This document shows positions 62,443 to 64,000 of a stretch of 64,000 bases of DNA, piece by piece. Source of the DNA: Lophium mytilinum (Eukaryota). The notes beneath the pieces are model-generated. The model had not been told where the DNA came from. It ran no database searches and was given only the letters and a program-made list of their open reading frames with translations. Location: contig MU004181.1 in the NCBI GenBank assembly GCA_010093605.1, positions 2,790,001 to 2,854,000 of the forward strand, given 5' to 3'. Made by a program: the position numbers and the translations under genes. Numbering within the stretch: position 1 is the stretch's first letter; each line of letters begins with the position of its first letter.

Positions 62443-63872
62443 GAACTTTCAACAATTTGAATGGCGATATGGCTGTCCAGCTGGTGTATTATACCAACGT
62501 GCATTGCGTTTACAGGACTGTCGTCATCATGGGGTTATAGAAAAGTCGACTTGATCTGAAAATATCCGGGGCTCCGGATTGCCTACTTTACTCGGCGGAG
62601 TCTATTTGCTTGTGTTCAAGTCCGCGAGACTCACCCTTGGACGTTTGGACTCTAGGTACCGCAAGTCTGTTAGTAGATACCTTCAAAGCGCTACTACAAA
62701 GTACGAACGAGTGGACGAAGTCACTTGTACTAACGGATCCTTTTGGCGTCAGTCAAATATCCTCAAACATTCGCCCCATTTCCTAGTCGAGAAAATTGAG
62801 CGTTAGAGCACTCCCACTCGGTTATACCAAATTGATCCGTGTCTTTAGGCTAGCTTGAGGATGTTGCTGGCGTCATGGTGTGCCTTCAGTTGATCACTTT
62901 GTACAACATGCTAGAGCACGGATGGTAGTGGTTGAATGTCCATCAGTTACTTGATATTATGCAATTACCATTTATTCCAATGGAAAGCCCCTTAAGACGC
63001 AGCCGAATTGCTCTGAGCTGCGTGCAGCTTCTCGAAAATGGTGTAGAAAGGCGTGATGCTCTCTTCTTTAACTACGAAATGGCCTTTCACATCTGCTCAG
63101 CCTTGATACAATCGATTGAAAAGCAACGGATTCATGTTAATGCAACAGCCAACCACCCATTTCGGACTTTCGCTACATCACTACTACCATCCTTGTCCCC
63201 GTTAATTAATCACGGCGACTCCGTCGCAAAACTACTCGAGAAACCTGGCAGCAAATCAGTGCCACATTTATGCCCACGCCGCCAGGGTCCAAGCCGCACA
63301 CAGCAGCTGGGTGGTGGGCGCCATGCCTAAAGGTCGTTGGCGCCATCTCGCCTCCGCTAGAGTCAATCTAAAGCGTAGCATCGCCTGAACCACTCAACAC
63401 CAGGGACCCCTATCACGACCTCGGATACACGGCCCTTCTTTTGGCTTGTGCGCACTTTCCCCTCCACGACCCGCCACAACACCACGGTTGCCTCCCTGTT
63501 ATGGAAGGGCACGCGGTGGCCCCCTTGCAGCGGGCAGTAGGCCGTGGCGCCCTATCAGTGCCGGTAAGTGCGGAGCAGGTGCAGGTGCGCTTGATTTGAG
63601 CCCTGTAAGATGATCGCAACCCGGAGGCGAGCTCTGCACGGCGAATAGGCCGTGCGATCGTCAGGGCGTGCAGCTCGGCGGTGGAAATGCTGCCGTGAGG
63701 GGGAGGGGACTCGAGGCCAGCCCTGAGTCGGATATTATATATAAAGGGATCGTTCTGCGGGATTTAGTAAGGACGTGTAGGCTGTGACCTTGTGGCTTCA
63801 ACTTGACTTTCTTTTCACTCTTTCTTTTTTCTTCTATTCTATACATTCGCTCTCCTAATACAACTCATCATC

Positions 63873-63981
63873 ATGATATCCAAAATATTGATCACGGCTG
63901 CGCTTTTTGGAGGGGCGGTGATGGGTGCGCCACTTAGGGAGAAAAGGCAGGCAGCAGTGCCTCAGTTCGTTCTAGATTATG
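63873..63981 (+). CDS. First exon of a secreted, probably Vps62-like protein (continues beyond the window)
   Basis: Signal peptide MISKILITAALFGGAVMGAP, KR site, then VPQFVLDY (resembles the Vps62 'PQYVLDYAP' start) followed by a GT donor; TATA box at about 63737. Confidence 0.55.
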
Positions 63982-64000
63982 GTATTTACTCTTCAGAATA

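Noticed and set aside
62579..63330. 75-aa and 132-aa non-ATG ORFs downstream of NOP6
   Set aside because: No recognisable domain or convincing splice structure.

Overview
Gene-dense eukaryotic DNA from a filamentous ascomycete (probably a Dothideomycete; GT-AG introns with CTRAC/CTAAY branch points throughout). I can support about 30 protein-coding loci, including a PQ-loop transporter that runs off the left edge, an aromatic amino-acid decarboxylase, a DUF427 protein, phospholipase D (SPO14), a GH13 alpha-amylase, a decayed TRI12-type MFS pseudogene, an extended thioredoxin, an adenine-deaminase-like enzyme, a PTH11-like membrane protein, a carboxylesterase, BOR1, EFR3, AIM11, MOCS2B/cnxH, a GNAT, F-box proteins, NOP6 and the start of a Vps62-like gene. 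I recognised no rRNA, tRNA, CRISPR, transposon or secondary-metabolite core gene. Best leads: (1) a large fungal protein ending in a HicA-toxin-like RNase module, here cut off by a 1-nt frameshift; (2) an intronless deaminase with HCDIDQ in place of the catalytic HAGEE motif; (3) a thioredoxin with an SHP-box-like Cdc48-binding motif and a hydrophobic tail; (4) an orphan protein ending in tandem SxIP motifs; (5) a three-unit 107-bp non-coding array beside a perfect 120-bp duplication. All family assignments come from motif recognition by eye, not database searches.
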